A stretch of 64,000 nucleotides of DNA from Helicobacteraceae bacterium (GCA_026988515.1 JALSLA010000069.1:3289-67288), one strand, 5' to 3'; positions 46,676 through 58,057 are shown, counted from the stretch's first letter. The notes: generated from the letters alone by a model not told the origin. Program-made: numbers and translations.

Positions 46676-47523
46676 TAAAAGATTACCGTCTTGTTGGCAT
46701 AAACAAAAATACGATCTTCGAGTGCCAGCTTCAGTGCGCGTGAGAGAACAATTTTCTCGACATCACGGCCGCTTCGTTGCATCTCTTTCCAATCGTAAGC
46801 ATGATTGACATGAATAACATCTTGAAAAATAATGGGGCCTTCGTCCAGGTTGTTGTTGACAAAATGTGCCGTTGCACCAATAATTTTAACCCCGCGTTCA
46901 TAGGCTTGTTTGTAAGGATTTGCTCCAATAAATGCCGGTAAAAAAGAGTGGTGGATATTGATAATTTTATTGGGATACATCGCAACAAATTGAGGCGTTA
47001 AAATGCGCATGTATTTTGCCAAGACAATGTAGTCAATAGATTCAAACTGTGCCAGTGTCTCTAAAATTTTAGATTCATGTTCAGCACGGCTTAAATCAAC
47101 ATGAGGGCAGTGAATAAACGGAATGTCAAACTTTTCAACAAGAGATTGCAATATATTGTAGTTGGAAACAACAGCTAAAATGTTGGCATCAAGCTCACCG
47201 TCATGAAAGCGCACCAAGATGTCTCCCAGCGCATGTGACTCTTTCGTTGCCATTAAAACAATGTTCTTCTTTTTGGGAGCAATCAGTTGTATGGCAGCAT
47301 CATCAGGAAGTGCTTCTTGGAGTTCTTTTTGCAATACGTCTGTATCTACATCTCCCGTAATGACGCTTCGCATAAAAAATTTGTTGTTAACTCTGTCGAC
47401 AAACTCATTGTTGGTTAAAATATTTAGATTGTATTTAAAGAAAATACTTGAAATTTTATAGACCAAGCCTTTTTCATCATGAGAGTCAATAAGTATTCTA
47501 TAGGTTTTCATGGTCAGCATCAC
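46675..47523 (-). CDS. purU: formyltetrahydrofolate deformylase
   Basis: N-terminal ACT domain plus formyltransferase core (IINIHHSFLPAF, GATAHFV...LDEGPII). The start may be MKTYRIL at 47511. Confidence 0.9.
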   Translation of the reverse strand: MMLTMKTYRILIDSHDEKGLVYKISSIFFKYNLNILTNNEFVDRVNNKFFMRSVITGDVDTDVLQKELQEALPDDAAIQLIAPKKKNIVLMATKESHALGDILVRFHDGELDANILAVVSNYNILQSLVEKFDIPFIHCPHVDLSRAEHESKILETLAQFESIDYIVLAKYMRILTPQFVAMYPNKIINIHHSFLPAFIGANPYKQAYERGVKIIGATAHFVNNNLDEGPIIFQDVIHVNHAYDWKEMQRSGRDVEKIVLSRALKLALEDRIFVYANKTVIF

Positions 47524-47812
47524 CTTTTATGCGTTCGAGACGGGTATCGATAGTAGCAAGTAGATACTCTAAAAAGTTTAATGACAAATCAATTTTTGCT
47601 TCAATTTGAACATTATTCGGTGATTGAAATCCCTCAAAAAGAACAAGAAGTCGCTCCCGAACACTCTCTAACCAGAGTTGCTCATCATGTTCTGCAAGAG
47701 GCGTTAGCTCTTCTTTGTTTTGCTGCGATACTGCAGTCTCTTCTTTGGAGACATCACTGTCGGCATCATCCATTTCTGCAAGCGTTGAGAGGATTACATC
47801 TTTTAGTTCCAT
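47498..47812 (-). CDS. acidic hypothetical protein
   Basis: Same-strand ORF wedged between the TPR gene and purU. No motif. Start chosen at MELKDV. Confidence 0.4.
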   Translation of the reverse strand: MELKDVILSTLAEMDDADSDVSKEETAVSQQNKEELTPLAEHDEQLWLESVRERLLVLFEGFQSPNNVQIEAKIDLSLNFLEYLLATIDTRLERIKGDADHENL

Positions 47813-48051
47813 AACTGCAATAACCACCTTTCAAATTCATTATATTCTACACGCTCGTCCATCGTAACAAAAAATTCCTTCATCTCTTCATTGACGCCCA
47901 GAAATTTCCGGCGAATACCGCTGAGCCGGCGAATAGCGATTTTGGCATCGGAGTTATTGGGATCGTGTCGTAAAATTTCTTTATAAATCTCCAAAGCCTC
48001 CGTTTTGAGCCCTTGGAGTTCATAGATATTGGCAAGCGTTAGTGTCTGCAT
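47803..48051 (-). CDS. small TPR-like protein
   Basis: LANIYELQGLKTEALEIYKEILRHDPNNSDAKIAIRRL fits one or two tetratricopeptide repeats. Confidence 0.5.
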   Translation of the reverse strand: MQTLTLANIYELQGLKTEALEIYKEILRHDPNNSDAKIAIRRLSGIRRKFLGVNEEMKEFFVTMDERVEYNEFERWLLQLWN

Positions 48052-48055
48052 GGTT

Positions 48056-49129
48056 CTATTTGCATTTCACCGCATAGTTGGCAATAATGGAACCTATCTC
48101 CGAAGTAGAGCAAACTTCTTTAGCGTCAAACTGTGCCAAGTCTTTGGTGCGATATCCCTCAGTCAGTGCCTGCTTGATTGCAGCATCGATTTTATCGGCA
48201 GTTGCTTGCTCACCCAAAGCATAACGTAACATCATGGAGGCGCTTGAGATGGTGGCAATAGGGTTGGCGATGCCCTGACCCGCAATATCGGGTGCAGAAC
48301 CGTGAATAGGCTCATACACACCGATTTTACTCCCTACAGAAGCAGAAGGCAGCAGTCCTATGGAGCCTGAAAGCATACTGGCTTCATCACTTAAAATATC
48401 GCCAAAAATATTCCCCGTAAGCATAACGTCGAATTGACGAGGATCACGAATAAGCTGCATGGCGGCATTGTCGACATACATATGCGTCAGGCTGACTTCA
48501 GGGTATTCAGAGGCAACTTCTTCGACCACTTCTCGCCATAACTGCGATACATCAAGCACATTCGCTTTGTCAATGGAGCAAACACGTTTATCACGCTCCA
48601 TGGCAATATCGAAAGCAACACGGGCAATACGAACAATTTCATCGCGACTGTAAACCATGGTATTGTATGCTTTATCGCCCTCTCTGCCTTTTGGCTCACC
48701 AAAGTAGATACCGCCGATCAGCTCGCGCACGACCATTAAATCAACCCCTTTAACCACTTCGGGTTTTAAAGAACTGGCATTGATGAGATCGTCATACACT
48801 ACCGCCGGTCTTAAATTGGCGAACACACCCAGCTCTTTACGGAAACGAAGCAGTCCGCTTTCAGGACGTTTTTCACGAGGGAGTGCATCCCATTTTTCAC
48901 CACCGATAGCACCAAAAAGTACCGCATCACTGTTCATGGCACTGGAAATAGTAGCTTGAGGAAGCGGGTCTCCGGTAATATCATAAGCACAGCCGCCCAT
49001 TAATGCCTCTTCATAGCTGAAGTCAAAATCTTCGCATGATGCAACCGCATCAAGCACTTTAACCGCTTCATCAATAATTTCAGGGCCGATACCGTCCCCT
49101 TTAATAAGACAAATTTTATATTTTTTCAT
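48056..49129 (-). CDS. leuB: 3-isopropylmalate dehydrogenase
   Basis: [15 protein letters not shown]-terminus, [25 protein letters not shown] signature. Confidence 0.95.
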   Translation of the reverse strand: MKKYKICLIKGDGIGPEIIDEAVKVLDAVASCEDFDFSYEEALMGGCAYDITGDPLPQATISSAMNSDAVLFGAIGGEKWDALPREKRPESGLLRFRKELGVFANLRPAVVYDDLINASSLKPEVVKGVDLMVVRELIGGIYFGEPKGREGDKAYNTMVYSRDEIVRIARVAFDIAMERDKRVCSIDKANVLDVSQLWREVVEEVASEYPEVSLTHMYVDNAAMQLIRDPRQFDVMLTGNIFGDILSDEASMLSGSIGLLPSASVGSKIGVYEPIHGSAPDIAGQGIANPIATISSASMMLRYALGEQATADKIDAAIKQALTEGYRTKDLAQFDAKEVCSTSEIGSIIANYAVKCK

Positions 49130-49139
49130 TTATTCTCCT

Positions 49140-49634
49140 TTAAGAAGCAATTTCATCTTTCGCAAAACTCATGAGACCGCCGGCATGAAGCAGTTTTTGC
49201 ATAAACTCCGGAATAGGGGTAAATGAATAGACTTTTCCGTTGCTTTTATTGCTAATGGTTCCTTCTTGCATATCAATACTCACAACATCGCCCTCTTTGA
49301 TTTCTGCACTCTCTTTGAGTTCAAAGATCGGAAGCCCCATATTAAAGGCGTTTCTATAAAAAATTCGTGCAAAAGTCGGGGCAATAATAGCTGAAATTCC
49401 TGCTGCTTTAAGAGCAATAGGAGCATGTTCACGAGAGGAGCCGCATCCAAAATTCTCACCGGCAACAATTATATCACCCGGCGACATCTTTGTAACAAAA
49501 TCCGGATCGGCATCTTCCATAACATGTTTTGCCAATACTTCAGGTACTGAGGTATTAAGATACCGAGCGGCAATAATGAGGTCCGTATCAATATCTTTAC
49601 CAAAATTCCAGACGTTACCTTCTATTTTTTGCAT
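49140..49634 (-). CDS. leuD: 3-isopropylmalate dehydratase small subunit
   Basis: GENFGCGSSREHAP signature, 164 aa. Confidence 0.9.
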   Translation of the reverse strand: MQKIEGNVWNFGKDIDTDLIIAARYLNTSVPEVLAKHVMEDADPDFVTKMSPGDIIVAGENFGCGSSREHAPIALKAAGISAIIAPTFARIFYRNAFNMGLPIFELKESAEIKEGDVVSIDMQEGTISNKSNGKVYSFTPIPEFMQKLLHAGGLMSFAKDEIAS

Positions 49635-49722
49635 AGATTATCCTAAAAATAATTTTTGCGATTATAGCCAAGAGGAACTCTAAAGAGGCTGAAAGATGTC
49701 AATTAGATTATGAAACAGATAA

Positions 49723-49734
49723 TTTACATGTAAT
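49723..49734. repeat. copy of iterated palindrome (TTTACATGTAAT)
   Basis: Read directly. Intergenic between the leuD start and the flgG stop. Confidence 0.9.
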
Positions 49735-49777
49735 TTTTGACTCTAATATTAATTCATATTATAGTCATTTGAGTTTA

Positions 49778-50566
49778 TTATCGTTTTAAGTTATTCACAG
49801 TCTGGAGCATTTCGTCACTGGTAGTAATAACTTTGGAGTTGGCATCATAAGCACGCTGACCGGTAATAAGATCGGTCAGTTCAACGACCAGTTCGACATT
49901 GCTCAGCTCTACAAAGCCCTGACGCAGCGAACCGAGTCCGTCAATACCCGGTGTACCGTCAACCGGCTGACCGGAGCTGTCGGTTTCTAAAAAAAGGTTG
50001 TCCCCCATTCCGTGTAAACCGGCAGGGTTGATAAAGTTTGTTAAATTCACCTGTCCTATCTGTGTTGCCTGTGCCTGTCCGGGTTGAATTACCGTAACAA
50101 TACCGTCGGTGCCGATGGAGATATCGGTAGCATCTTCGGGAATCACAATTTCAGGAATAAGTTTGTAGCCGTCACTGTTCACCATAGCACCGTTGGCATC
50201 ACGTTTAAATGCGCCGTTTTTACTATACACTTCGGTACCGTCAGGAAGTTCAAGTTTAAAAAAGCCGCTACCGATAATGGCAAGGTCCAGATTGTTGTTG
50301 GTCTCTTTGAGTGAACCTTCCGTAAAAATTTTTCCAATGGCTGTAGAACGAACCCCCAAGCCTACTTCAATGCCTGTCGGTGATTTTGTTGTATCACTTG
50401 TAGCGGTACCCGCATATTCCATGACGCGGTACATCAAATCGGAAAATTCGGCACGCGACTGCTTAAAACCGATGGTGTTGACATTGGCAATATTATTGGC
50501 GGTTGTGTCAATTTGCGTCTGCATCGCCATCATGCCCGTAGCGCTGGTATAGAGTGATTGCATCAT
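49778..50566 (-). CDS. flgG: flagellar basal-body distal rod protein FlgG
   Basis: N-terminal TTANNIANVNTIGFK and conserved C-terminal SNVELVVELTDLITGQRAYDANSKVI. 262 aa. Confidence 0.9.
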   Translation of the reverse strand: MMQSLYTSATGMMAMQTQIDTTANNIANVNTIGFKQSRAEFSDLMYRVMEYAGTATSDTTKSPTGIEVGLGVRSTAIGKIFTEGSLKETNNNLDLAIIGSGFFKLELPDGTEVYSKNGAFKRDANGAMVNSDGYKLIPEIVIPEDATDISIGTDGIVTVIQPGQAQATQIGQVNLTNFINPAGLHGMGDNLFLETDSSGQPVDGTPGIDGLGSLRQGFVELSNVELVVELTDLITGQRAYDANSKVITTSDEMLQTVNNLKR

Positions 50567-50578
50567 CTGTTTATCCTT

Positions 50579-51406
50579 TTATCGTCGTGTAACCGCTAGT
50601 TTCTCAATAGCGTCACGGTTCATATCATTCATTTGGGAGTCCATGACCTTTTGATACATACCGACCAGACGGTTTGCCTCAATCATGGCAACCATCTCCG
50701 TCACAGGGTTGACATTGCTTTTTTCCAGGTAGCCTTGCAAAACACTACCGCTCTCATCAATCGGCTTCAACAGATCGGCACTATCGGGAATATAAAGCCC
50801 GCTTCCTTCTTGTTGCAGGTACTTTATGGTCTCAACGCGTGTAACAAAAAGCTTGCTCCCTTCAATACGTTGCGTAGATCCCGGAACCAAATTGTAAAAC
50901 TGTCCGTTTTTATCAACTTCAATAGTCGTATCTTCGGCATTAAAACGAATGGTTGCATCAGGGTCGTTTTGGTAGTTTTGCGGCAGCACTTTGTAGCCCT
51001 CTTTGGTGACGAGTACTCCGGCATCATTGAGGGAAAAAGAGCCGTCACGCGTTAAGCGCAGACCTTGAGGCGTCTCAACCGCAAAAAAAAGACCTTCGTC
51101 TGAGAGTGCTATATCAAAACGATTGCCGGTTTTTTCTAAAGATCCCAATGAGTGGTCTGTATAAGACTCTACAATATGAGGCACTTTACTCATGGCTCTG
51201 TTAATATAAGAAGCGCCTTCAAATGTCTGATTTTTAATGGGAAGTCTGTCGCGAGCCTCCTTGTAAAGTCGCGCAAAATCTCCGGTAATTAAGGACTCTT
51301 TTTTAAATCCTGTTGTATTTACATTGGCAAGATTGTTGGCAATGGTATCGAGACGATTAAATTGCGTTACCATACCGGCTGCCGATGCATAAAAACCCGT
51401 CTGCAT
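50579..51406 (-). CDS. flgF: flagellar rod protein FlgF/FlgG2-like
   Basis: DTIANNLANVNTTGFK N-terminal motif and VTEMVAMIEANRLVGMYQKV C-terminal motif. The start at 51406 (MQTGFY) is supported by GGAG and the sigma54 promoter just upstream. Confidence 0.8.
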   Translation of the reverse strand: MQTGFYASAAGMVTQFNRLDTIANNLANVNTTGFKKESLITGDFARLYKEARDRLPIKNQTFEGASYINRAMSKVPHIVESYTDHSLGSLEKTGNRFDIALSDEGLFFAVETPQGLRLTRDGSFSLNDAGVLVTKEGYKVLPQNYQNDPDATIRFNAEDTTIEVDKNGQFYNLVPGSTQRIEGSKLFVTRVETIKYLQQEGSGLYIPDSADLLKPIDESGSVLQGYLEKSNVNPVTEMVAMIEANRLVGMYQKVMDSQMNDMNRDAIEKLAVTRR

Positions 51407-51437
51407 TAGGGTACTCCATAAAGTGTTTGATGACCTG

Positions 51438-51454
51438 AAGCAAAGAGTGTTCCA
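51438..51454 (-). promoter_or_regulatory. sigma54 (-24/-12) promoter TGGAACactctTTGCTT for flgF-flgG
   Basis: The reverse complement of 51438-51454 reads TGGAACACTCTTTGCTT, that is GG-N10-GC with the TGGAAC/TTGCTT halves typical of Campylobacter/Helicobacter RpoN-dependent flagellar promoters. It lies about 30 nt upstream of the start codon. Confidence 0.7.
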
Positions 51455-51553
51455 CATTGTATTGTAGCAACTCGTAAAACACGTTTAAGTAACTTTTGGG
51501 TATAATCCCCCTAACTTTAAAAATACACACTCACCACACAGGGAGCTCTTTGC

Positions 51554-53413
51554 ATGACAGCTAAAGAACTAAACAACCTTTTAGAGACAACCTTTGCAGA
51601 ACATAAAAGCGATCACTGTATTACCTACGAGTCTCTTACTCAACTTTTTGAAAAACAGCCCACCGCCGCACAAGCAAAAAATATTTTAAAGCTTGCTAAA
51701 AAATACAATAAATGTCTGTATACGTCATCGGAGCATGCAAAATTTCTTAATGACAAAGAGGCCACCGAACGTCGTGATGCCCAACGAAAACTCCTTGAAG
51801 ACACTGACGGAGAAGATTTTGACATATTAAAAAAACATGAGCTTCTGGAGTGGTCGCGCTCGGATTCTCCGGTTCGAATGTATCTGCGTGAAATGGGGCA
51901 AATCCCCCTGTTAACCAAAGAAGAAGAGATCGAAATTTCCAAAAAGATCGAGGGCGGCGAGAGCATCATTATTGATGCTATCTGTTCCGTTCCCTATCTG
52001 ATTACCTTTATTTTAGACTATCGTGACCCGCTCATTAACCGTGAACGACGCGTTAAAGAACTTTTTAAAAGCTTTGAAGATGATGACAAAGAGTCTGATG
52101 ACAAAGAGTCTGATGAGACCATGTCGGCAGAGAGTGAAGAACGTGCGCTTACCGCAAAAGACAAGAAGCGTGTCGAAAAAGTTTTAGAGAGCTTTAAAGC
52201 GCTGGAAAAAGCAAAAAAGGACTGGATTAAAAGCGTCGAAAAAATGAACCTTAACCTTGAAACTACCGAGTTAAGCAATGAAGTCGTACACTATTTTTTA
52301 ACCGTCAGCTTTAAAAAGAAAATTCTAAAAGAAAAACTTCTCGATTTAGGTCCAACGTCAAAACTTATTAATGAGCTGGTCCGTTCTATGGAGACTGTTC
52401 TCAAAAGCGACGAAGGTTTTGACAAAGAACTCAAACGTCTTGAGTACAAACTACCGCTTTTTAATGACACGTTGCGAAGCAATCACCAAAAAATAATTGA
52501 CAATATCTGCAATCTCAACAAAGAAGATATTGCCAGTCGTGTTCCCGAAGCAACCATGGTCAGTACCTACATGGAGATTAAAAAACTCATTCAGACCAAA
52601 GAGGCCTCTAAGGGAAGTTTTGACATGGATCCTGAGAAGTTAGCTGAAATTTTAGAGCAGATCAAACGTGGTAAAGCAATTTCGGAAATTTCCAAAACAA
52701 AAATGGCAAAAAGCAATTTGCGTTTAGTCGTCTCCATCGCCAAGCGCTACACAAACCGCGGCTTACCGTTTCTTGACCTGATTCAAGAAGGCAATATCGG
52801 TCTTATGAAGGCGGTTGATAAATTTGAGTACCAAAAAGGCTATAAGTTTTCAACCTATGCAACCTGGTGGATTCGACAGGCTATTTCACGTGCTATTGCC
52901 GATCAGGCACGTACTATCCGCATTCCGATTCATATGATTGAGACCATTAACCGTATTAATAAGATTATGCGAAAATATTTACAAGAACACGGCAAAGAGC
53001 CCGATGTCGATACGATTGCTCAAGAGGTGGGACTCTCAGTGGAAAAAGTGAAAAATGTAATTAAAATCACGAAAGAACCTATTTCGCTTGAAGCGCCTAT
53101 CGGTAACGAAGAGGATGGTCGTTTTGGTGACTTCATTGAAGACAAAACATCACTTTCGCCTTCAGATGCCGTTTTAAAAGATGACCTAAAAGGTCAAATT
53201 GAAGGCGTGCTCGAGCAACTCAACGAGCGTGAAAAAGCCGTGATTAAAATGCGTTTTGGCATTATGGATGACGAGAGTGACCGTACTCTTGAAGAGATTG
53301 GTAAAGAACTCAGCGTCACACGTGAGCGTGTACGCCAGATTGAGTCCAGTGCCATCAAGAAGCTTAAGCACCCAAAAGTGGGACGCAAGCTAAAAAACTA
53401 CATTGAAGAATAA
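51554..53413 (+). CDS. rpoD: primary RNA polymerase sigma factor RpoD
   Basis: Regions 1.2 through 4.2 are recognisable ([10 protein letters not shown]; [36 protein letters not shown]; IRIPIHM; [20 protein letters not shown]). TATAAT at 51501-51506 upstream. Confidence 0.95.
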   Translation: MTAKELNNLLETTFAEHKSDHCITYESLTQLFEKQPTAAQAKNILKLAKKYNKCLYTSSEHAKFLNDKEATERRDAQRKLLEDTDGEDFDILKKHELLEWSRSDSPVRMYLREMGQIPLLTKEEEIEISKKIEGGESIIIDAICSVPYLITFILDYRDPLINRERRVKELFKSFEDDDKESDDKESDETMSAESEERALTAKDKKRVEKVLESFKALEKAKKDWIKSVEKMNLNLETTELSNEVVHYFLTVSFKKKILKEKLLDLGPTSKLINELVRSMETVLKSDEGFDKELKRLEYKLPLFNDTLRSNHQKIIDNICNLNKEDIASRVPEATMVSTYMEIKKLIQTKEASKGSFDMDPEKLAEILEQIKRGKAISEISKTKMAKSNLRLVVSIAKRYTNRGLPFLDLIQEGNIGLMKAVDKFEYQKGYKFSTYATWWIRQAISRAIADQARTIRIPIHMIETINRINKIMRKYLQEHGKEPDVDTIAQEVGLSVEKVKNVIKITKEPISLEAPIGNEEDGRFGDFIEDKTSLSPSDAVLKDDLKGQIEGVLEQLNEREKAVIKMRFGIMDDESDRTLEEIGKELSVTRERVRQIESSAIKKLKHPKVGRKLKNYIEE

Positions 53414-54099
53414 TGACTTTTGAGCAGCAGTGGATCGAAAATGATTTCAACCCGTTTATCTTATTCGATTCCGGCGGCAAAATTCTCTCTCTCAATACGG
53501 AGGCACAGTATCTTTTAGGTGCGACTACCAAAGAGACCATTTTTGAACTCGCTACAGCATACGCCGCTCCAACATTCGGATTTAAAACAACGTTTCTTGA
53601 TTTGGAATATGACAAGTATAAATTTTTCGGCATTAATGTCGGCTATATCAATGATAATGAGATCGGAATTTCACTCTACCGCATTCCCTGTTTCAAATTT
53701 CAAAAAAACAAGCCCAGCGGGAGTTTGGTCAATATATATACACTGATAGACTTGTGTATCAGCAGCCACTCTATTGGGTCAAGTACCGAATTTATTAAAG
53801 ACATTGACCCCAGTATTCCTGAAATTCGTCTCTACGAAAAGCTCTTTATTAAGCTGCTCAACAAGATCTATGCCGCACTCAAACATAACTCCCGTGTAAT
53901 TACGAAGCTTTACTTGTGCATTGGTGAACATATCCGCTTTGACAAGCAGAAGTACTCCATATTTTCCATTGAGATTCTTGCTAAAGAGATGGATATGAAT
54001 TTAGAACACGACATTATTAAACTGGCTGAAGAGAACAATCTCTTTGCCGAAGTAAAAACAACGGGTGTCAAAGTCAATATTCCTATGATTTTTGAATAA
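53413..54099 (+). CDS. hypothetical protein translationally coupled to rpoD (PAS-like N-terminus?)
   Basis: Its ATG overlaps the rpoD TAA (TAATG). The N-terminus FILFDSGGKILSLNTEAQYLLG resembles a PAS-fold start. There are no kinase motifs. Confidence 0.45.
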   Translation: MTFEQQWIENDFNPFILFDSGGKILSLNTEAQYLLGATTKETIFELATAYAAPTFGFKTTFLDLEYDKYKFFGINVGYINDNEIGISLYRIPCFKFQKNKPSGSLVNIYTLIDLCISSHSIGSSTEFIKDIDPSIPEIRLYEKLFIKLLNKIYAALKHNSRVITKLYLCIGEHIRFDKQKYSIFSIEILAKEMDMNLEHDIIKLAEENNLFAEVKTTGVKVNIPMIFE

Positions 54100-54607
54100 A
54101 CTGTTTGCCTATAAAATAGCCACCGACAATACCCAGCCCCAAACCGCTTAAGTAAGGAAGCAGTAAAAGCAGCCGGTTATTGTTGAGTGCTATAAATCCA
54201 AGTACTAAAAAGAGATACGGCACGATTCGGTACCATGAAACAAGTGCGCTCGAACCTGCTTTGAAGTTTTTAAATGTCTGGGGCTTAATACGTTTTTTCT
54301 CTTCTTTTATAATCTCTTTAAGCGCTTTGGTGTCATCATATGCAATCGGGTCACTGTAAAGATCATAGGGATCATCGATGCTCTCTACCACGTCATCTGA
54401 CAGTGGTGTTTCACCGGAATTAACACGCCGTTTGACCAGTTTGGCATAGCTGTACATGGAACCTAAAATAATTGACAATGCACTCAGAAAAGCAATTTCA
54501 ACATTAAGAAAAAAGGGAAAGGAGACAAACAGCAGTAACGCTATGGCTGCTTGCATCACGGTAAAAAGTTTAATAGAGGCGGTCATCATCCTCATCTTCA
54601 TCATCAA
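54083..54607 (-). CDS. hypothetical multi-pass membrane protein
   Basis: Four hydrophobic segments. Several candidate Met starts between 54607 and 54556. Confidence 0.45.
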   Translation of the reverse strand: MMMKMRMMTASIKLFTVMQAAIALLLFVSFPFFLNVEIAFLSALSIILGSMYSYAKLVKRRVNSGETPLSDDVVESIDDPYDLYSDPIAYDDTKALKEIIKEEKKRIKPQTFKNFKAGSSALVSWYRIVPYLFLVLGFIALNNNRLLLLLPYLSGLGLGIVGGYFIGKQFIQKS

Positions 54608-54899
54608 GTTGTTTTTTTATCTTGTAGCGTGGATCTTGTGAGAGTTTTTCAAACTCCTTGTATTGTTTAGAGTAGGCTTTAAAAACATTGAGTCCTGCTG
54701 CAGCAATACCGATAAACACGCCAACCCATAAGAGCCAGTCGATCTCAAAAAGTTTTTTAAGTCCCAATCCGATGGCCACACCGATAAGGACAGCAACAAC
54801 TATGGAGATACCCAATGAGAGCGACTCAGCACCTTCAATAACGGGTTTGAGTCGCTGTTTCTGCTCCTCTTCTTGCGGCGGTTTTTGCGCTTCACTCAT
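54570..54899 (-). CDS. AtpZ/AtpI-like small membrane protein
   Basis: Two TM helices ([40 protein letters not shown]) with a charged tail, resembling the AtpZ family layout. Confidence 0.5.
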   Translation of the reverse strand: MSEAQKPPQEEEQKQRLKPVIEGAESLSLGISIVVAVLIGVAIGLGLKKLFEIDWLLWVGVFIGIAAAGLNVFKAYSKQYKEFEKLSQDPRYKIKKQLDDEDEDDDRLY

Positions 54900-56182
54900 G
54901 CGATACGCTCAAAAACCCGTTTCGATGCCTCTATAGTCTCTTCAATCATGGTATCGGTAATGGCACTACAGATAAAGCCGGTCTCAAATTGAGAGCAGGC
55001 AAAATAGAAACCTTCCTCAAGCATTCCTGCATGAAAAGCGGCAAACATCTCCAAGTCACTTGCGGCAGCATCACTAAAGTTATGTACCGGTGTCGTGTTA
55101 AAAAAGAAACCGAACATAGAACCTCTGACATCAGTTTGCAATACAATACCCTGCTCCATAGCAGCAGCCTTCATCCCTTCAACCAATCGGGTGGCACGCT
55201 TCTGTAAAACTGAAAAGAGCTTGCTGTGTTGTTTGAGTTTTTGCAGTGCAGCCAGTCCTGCCGCCATGGCCACGGGATTTCCGCTCAATGTACCGGCTTG
55301 GTACACCGGACCTTCGGGTGAGAGCTGCTGCATAATTTCCAGTCTTCCTCCAAAGGCGCCTACGGGCATGCCGCCGCCGATAACTTTGCCTAGCGTTACC
55401 AAATCAGGAGTAGTTCCCGTGATGCTCTCTGCACCGTATAATGTGGCACGAAAGCCGCTCATCACTTCATCGAAAATAAGCAATGCGCCATGCGCATCAC
55501 AGAGCTCTCGCAACTGAGCCAAGAACTCTTTATGTGCCGGTACAAGCCCCATATTTCCGGCAATAGGCTCTATAATAACACAGGCAATATCATGACTCTG
55601 CTCAAAACATTTTTTGACACTTTCAATATCGTTGTATGTGGCAAGCAGTGTATGCTTTGTAAAGTCTGCCGGCACTCCGGGAGAACTCGGATTACCAAAC
55701 GTTGCGGCACCCGATCCTGCTTGAACGAGCAGCGAATCGCTGTGTCCATGGTAGCATCCCTCAAATTTTATGATGTCATCACGACCGGTGTAGCCACGCG
55801 CTAAACGAATAGCACTCATCACCGCTTCGGTACCGCTGCTGACAAAACGCACCTTGTCAATAGAGTTGTAAATGGAAACTACCTCGTGTGCCAACTTTGT
55901 CTCGGCAAGCGTCGGTGCACCAAAACTCAAGCCATGTTTGACCGCGTCAATAACGGCAGCTTCAATGCTTTCGTCTTTATGTCCAAAAATAAGCGGTCCC
56001 CAGCTCTGGACATAATCAACATACCGGTTATTGTCAATATCTATGAGGTAGGCACCTTCTCCCTCTTTAATAAAACGCGGCGTCCCGCCGACACTGGCGA
56101 AAGCACGTACCGGAGAGTTAACACCGCCGGGTATGAGTTGTGATGCCGCCTCAAAGGCAGACAGTGATTTTGTAATATTCAT
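54896..56182 (-). CDS. hemL: glutamate-1-semialdehyde 2,1-aminomutase
   Basis: [11 protein letters not shown]-terminal motif, [24 protein letters not shown] (PLP Lys). Confidence 0.95.
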   Translation of the reverse strand: MNITKSLSAFEAASQLIPGGVNSPVRAFASVGGTPRFIKEGEGAYLIDIDNNRYVDYVQSWGPLIFGHKDESIEAAVIDAVKHGLSFGAPTLAETKLAHEVVSIYNSIDKVRFVSSGTEAVMSAIRLARGYTGRDDIIKFEGCYHGHSDSLLVQAGSGAATFGNPSSPGVPADFTKHTLLATYNDIESVKKCFEQSHDIACVIIEPIAGNMGLVPAHKEFLAQLRELCDAHGALLIFDEVMSGFRATLYGAESITGTTPDLVTLGKVIGGGMPVGAFGGRLEIMQQLSPEGPVYQAGTLSGNPVAMAAGLAALQKLKQHSKLFSVLQKRATRLVEGMKAAAMEQGIVLQTDVRGSMFGFFFNTTPVHNFSDAAASDLEMFAAFHAGMLEEGFYFACSQFETGFICSAITDTMIEETIEASKRVFERIA

Positions 56183-56234
56183 ATTTAATCCACTCTAATT
56201 TTTTAGCGATTATAGCGAATTGTTCATTATATAA

Positions 56235-57098
56235 ATGTATAATTTTTTATATATGAAACGTTCGCTCAGTGCTTTATTTCTCGCCATCATTGTACATGTA
56301 GTGTTACTACTGCTTTTTATTACCCTGCTCTTTTTGCTTCCTTCGGCACCTAAAACACTACCGCAAAAAGAGAAACGCATCAAAGTGTCACTCAAAGAGC
56401 GTCCTCAGGTCAAACATGATGCCCTTGTTAAGAACAACAAACCTGTCGTTAAGGCACCTGCACTTCCCAAAGGAAAGCAGCTTAAGAAGCTTATTGAAAA
56501 ACCGCTTATCCCTGTCAGCAACACTCTAACCAAGCCCGCAAAACGTCCCGAAACACCGCCTGAAAAAGTCGTTTCAAAACCGCCGAAACCAAAACCGCTA
56601 CCCTCGATTAAACCCTATATTACGGTACCGGAAAAATCGGATATTGCACCACCGAAGCCTTCAAGTTTGTACGATGTACTCTCCACACCCTCCATAACGC
56701 CGAAACCTAAAAAGAGTGTATCGCAACAGCATTACAGTCGCATCAACCAGGATATTCAAGAACTCTACGGCGATACGTTTGCCAAACTGAGCAAAGGAGA
56801 ACAAAAATATATTCTTGATAATCAGGAAATCATGCGGCGTATTACCCAAAAAGTACTCAACCGTGTCGGCAGCGTCAATCTAAAAAATAATTTACATGTA
56901 AATGCCGGCAATGTTGTCGAGTTCTATCTCTACCCCAACGGAGATATCAGCAATATACGCTTGATCCAAAAAAGCGGTTACTACATTTTAGACCGAACCA
57001 CCCAAGAGACCATTGAGTATGCTTACGCCAAGTATCCACGGCCGGAACAAAAGACACTCATTCGCTACAAAGTCGGCTACTATTTGAGAAGATACTAA
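56235..57098 (+). CDS. TonB-family energy transducer
   Basis: N-terminal TM, Pro/Lys-rich spacer (KPPKPKPLPSIKP), C-terminal TonB_C-like domain (GNVVEFYLYPNGDISNIRLIQKSG...LD). Confidence 0.7.
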   Translation: MYNFLYMKRSLSALFLAIIVHVVLLLLFITLLFLLPSAPKTLPQKEKRIKVSLKERPQVKHDALVKNNKPVVKAPALPKGKQLKKLIEKPLIPVSNTLTKPAKRPETPPEKVVSKPPKPKPLPSIKPYITVPEKSDIAPPKPSSLYDVLSTPSITPKPKKSVSQQHYSRINQDIQELYGDTFAKLSKGEQKYILDNQEIMRRITQKVLNRVGSVNLKNNLHVNAGNVVEFYLYPNGDISNIRLIQKSGYYILDRTTQETIEYAYAKYPRPEQKTLIRYKVGYYLRRY

Positions 57099-57101
57099 AA
57101 T

Positions 57102-57926
57102 ATGGACTTTTTTCAAACACTTCAAACCCTTCTGCTTGCGTCCACACCTCATGAAAAAATCAAAGGTTTCAACGCATTTTATACTTACTACTGCAACAGC
57201 AACGAAACAGTACGGCATTCGCATAAGCAACCCATCCGATTTACAGCACCTTCATATGCGTCGTATTGTCATATGGTACCGCCACAACAGGTACCGCGAC
57301 GCAAAAACCTTCAAAGTACCGAAGGACAAATTGCACTGGTGCATGCTGTTGCGCATATTGAATACAGCGCTATTGATTTAGCCCTTGATGCCGCCTACAG
57401 ATTTCAGAACCTGCCACAACGTTTTTATGACGACTGGCTTGAAGTAGCAGATGAGGAAATCCGCCACTTTCAAATGTTGGAGACCATTTTGCATGATCTT
57501 GGCAGCTACTACGGCGATCTTAGCGTTCACAATGCACTCTTTGAAGCACAAGAACGCACGGCACACTCTCTGTTACACCGTATGGCAGTCGTACCACGCT
57601 ATTTAGAAGCCAACGGTCTGGATGCAACCCCGCAGATTATTGAAAAACTGCAACGTCTTCCCCGGCATGATCGGCTCACACAGATTATAGAGGCACTGCG
57701 AGTTATTGTCGATGAGGAGATTGATCATGTCCGTAAGGGTGACTACTGGTTTGGTTATGCTTGTACACTTGAAGAGGTTAGCAAAGCGTGTTACTTCGAT
57801 ATTGTCAAGCTCTATTATCCCAATACATTTCAAAAGCCTCGACATATTAATGTCAACGGACGCAAAGCTTCGGGATTTACATGTAACGAACTTAAGCAAT
57901 TGACACAGCGACATATATGCGACTAA
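57102..57926 (+). CDS. DUF455 ferritin-like domain protein
   Basis: ALVHAVAHIEYSAIDLALDA ... DEEIRHF ... VVPRYLEANGLD ... DEEIDHV, a di-iron-like ExxH pattern typical of DUF455. Confidence 0.7.
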   Translation: MDFFQTLQTLLLASTPHEKIKGFNAFYTYYCNSNETVRHSHKQPIRFTAPSYASYCHMVPPQQVPRRKNLQSTEGQIALVHAVAHIEYSAIDLALDAAYRFQNLPQRFYDDWLEVADEEIRHFQMLETILHDLGSYYGDLSVHNALFEAQERTAHSLLHRMAVVPRYLEANGLDATPQIIEKLQRLPRHDRLTQIIEALRVIVDEEIDHVRKGDYWFGYACTLEEVSKACYFDIVKLYYPNTFQKPRHINVNGRKASGFTCNELKQLTQRHICD

Positions 57927-58057
57927 CACCGTGTTAACTTTCTACACCTTCCAGAGCACTTTTTACGTGTTTAAATATTATTTGTTTTTAAAAATGACCC
58001 CATAAGAAAAATTTTCCTATAATTGTAAAGAATCTAAAAAAGAAGGAGATTTTCCTC

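Noticed and set aside
52082-52111. In-frame 15-bp tandem duplication GATGACAAAGAGTCT x2 in rpoD ([10 protein letters not shown])
   Set aside because: It lies in the acidic, poorly conserved spacer of sigma-70 region 1 and is most simply a slippage polymorphism without functional implication.
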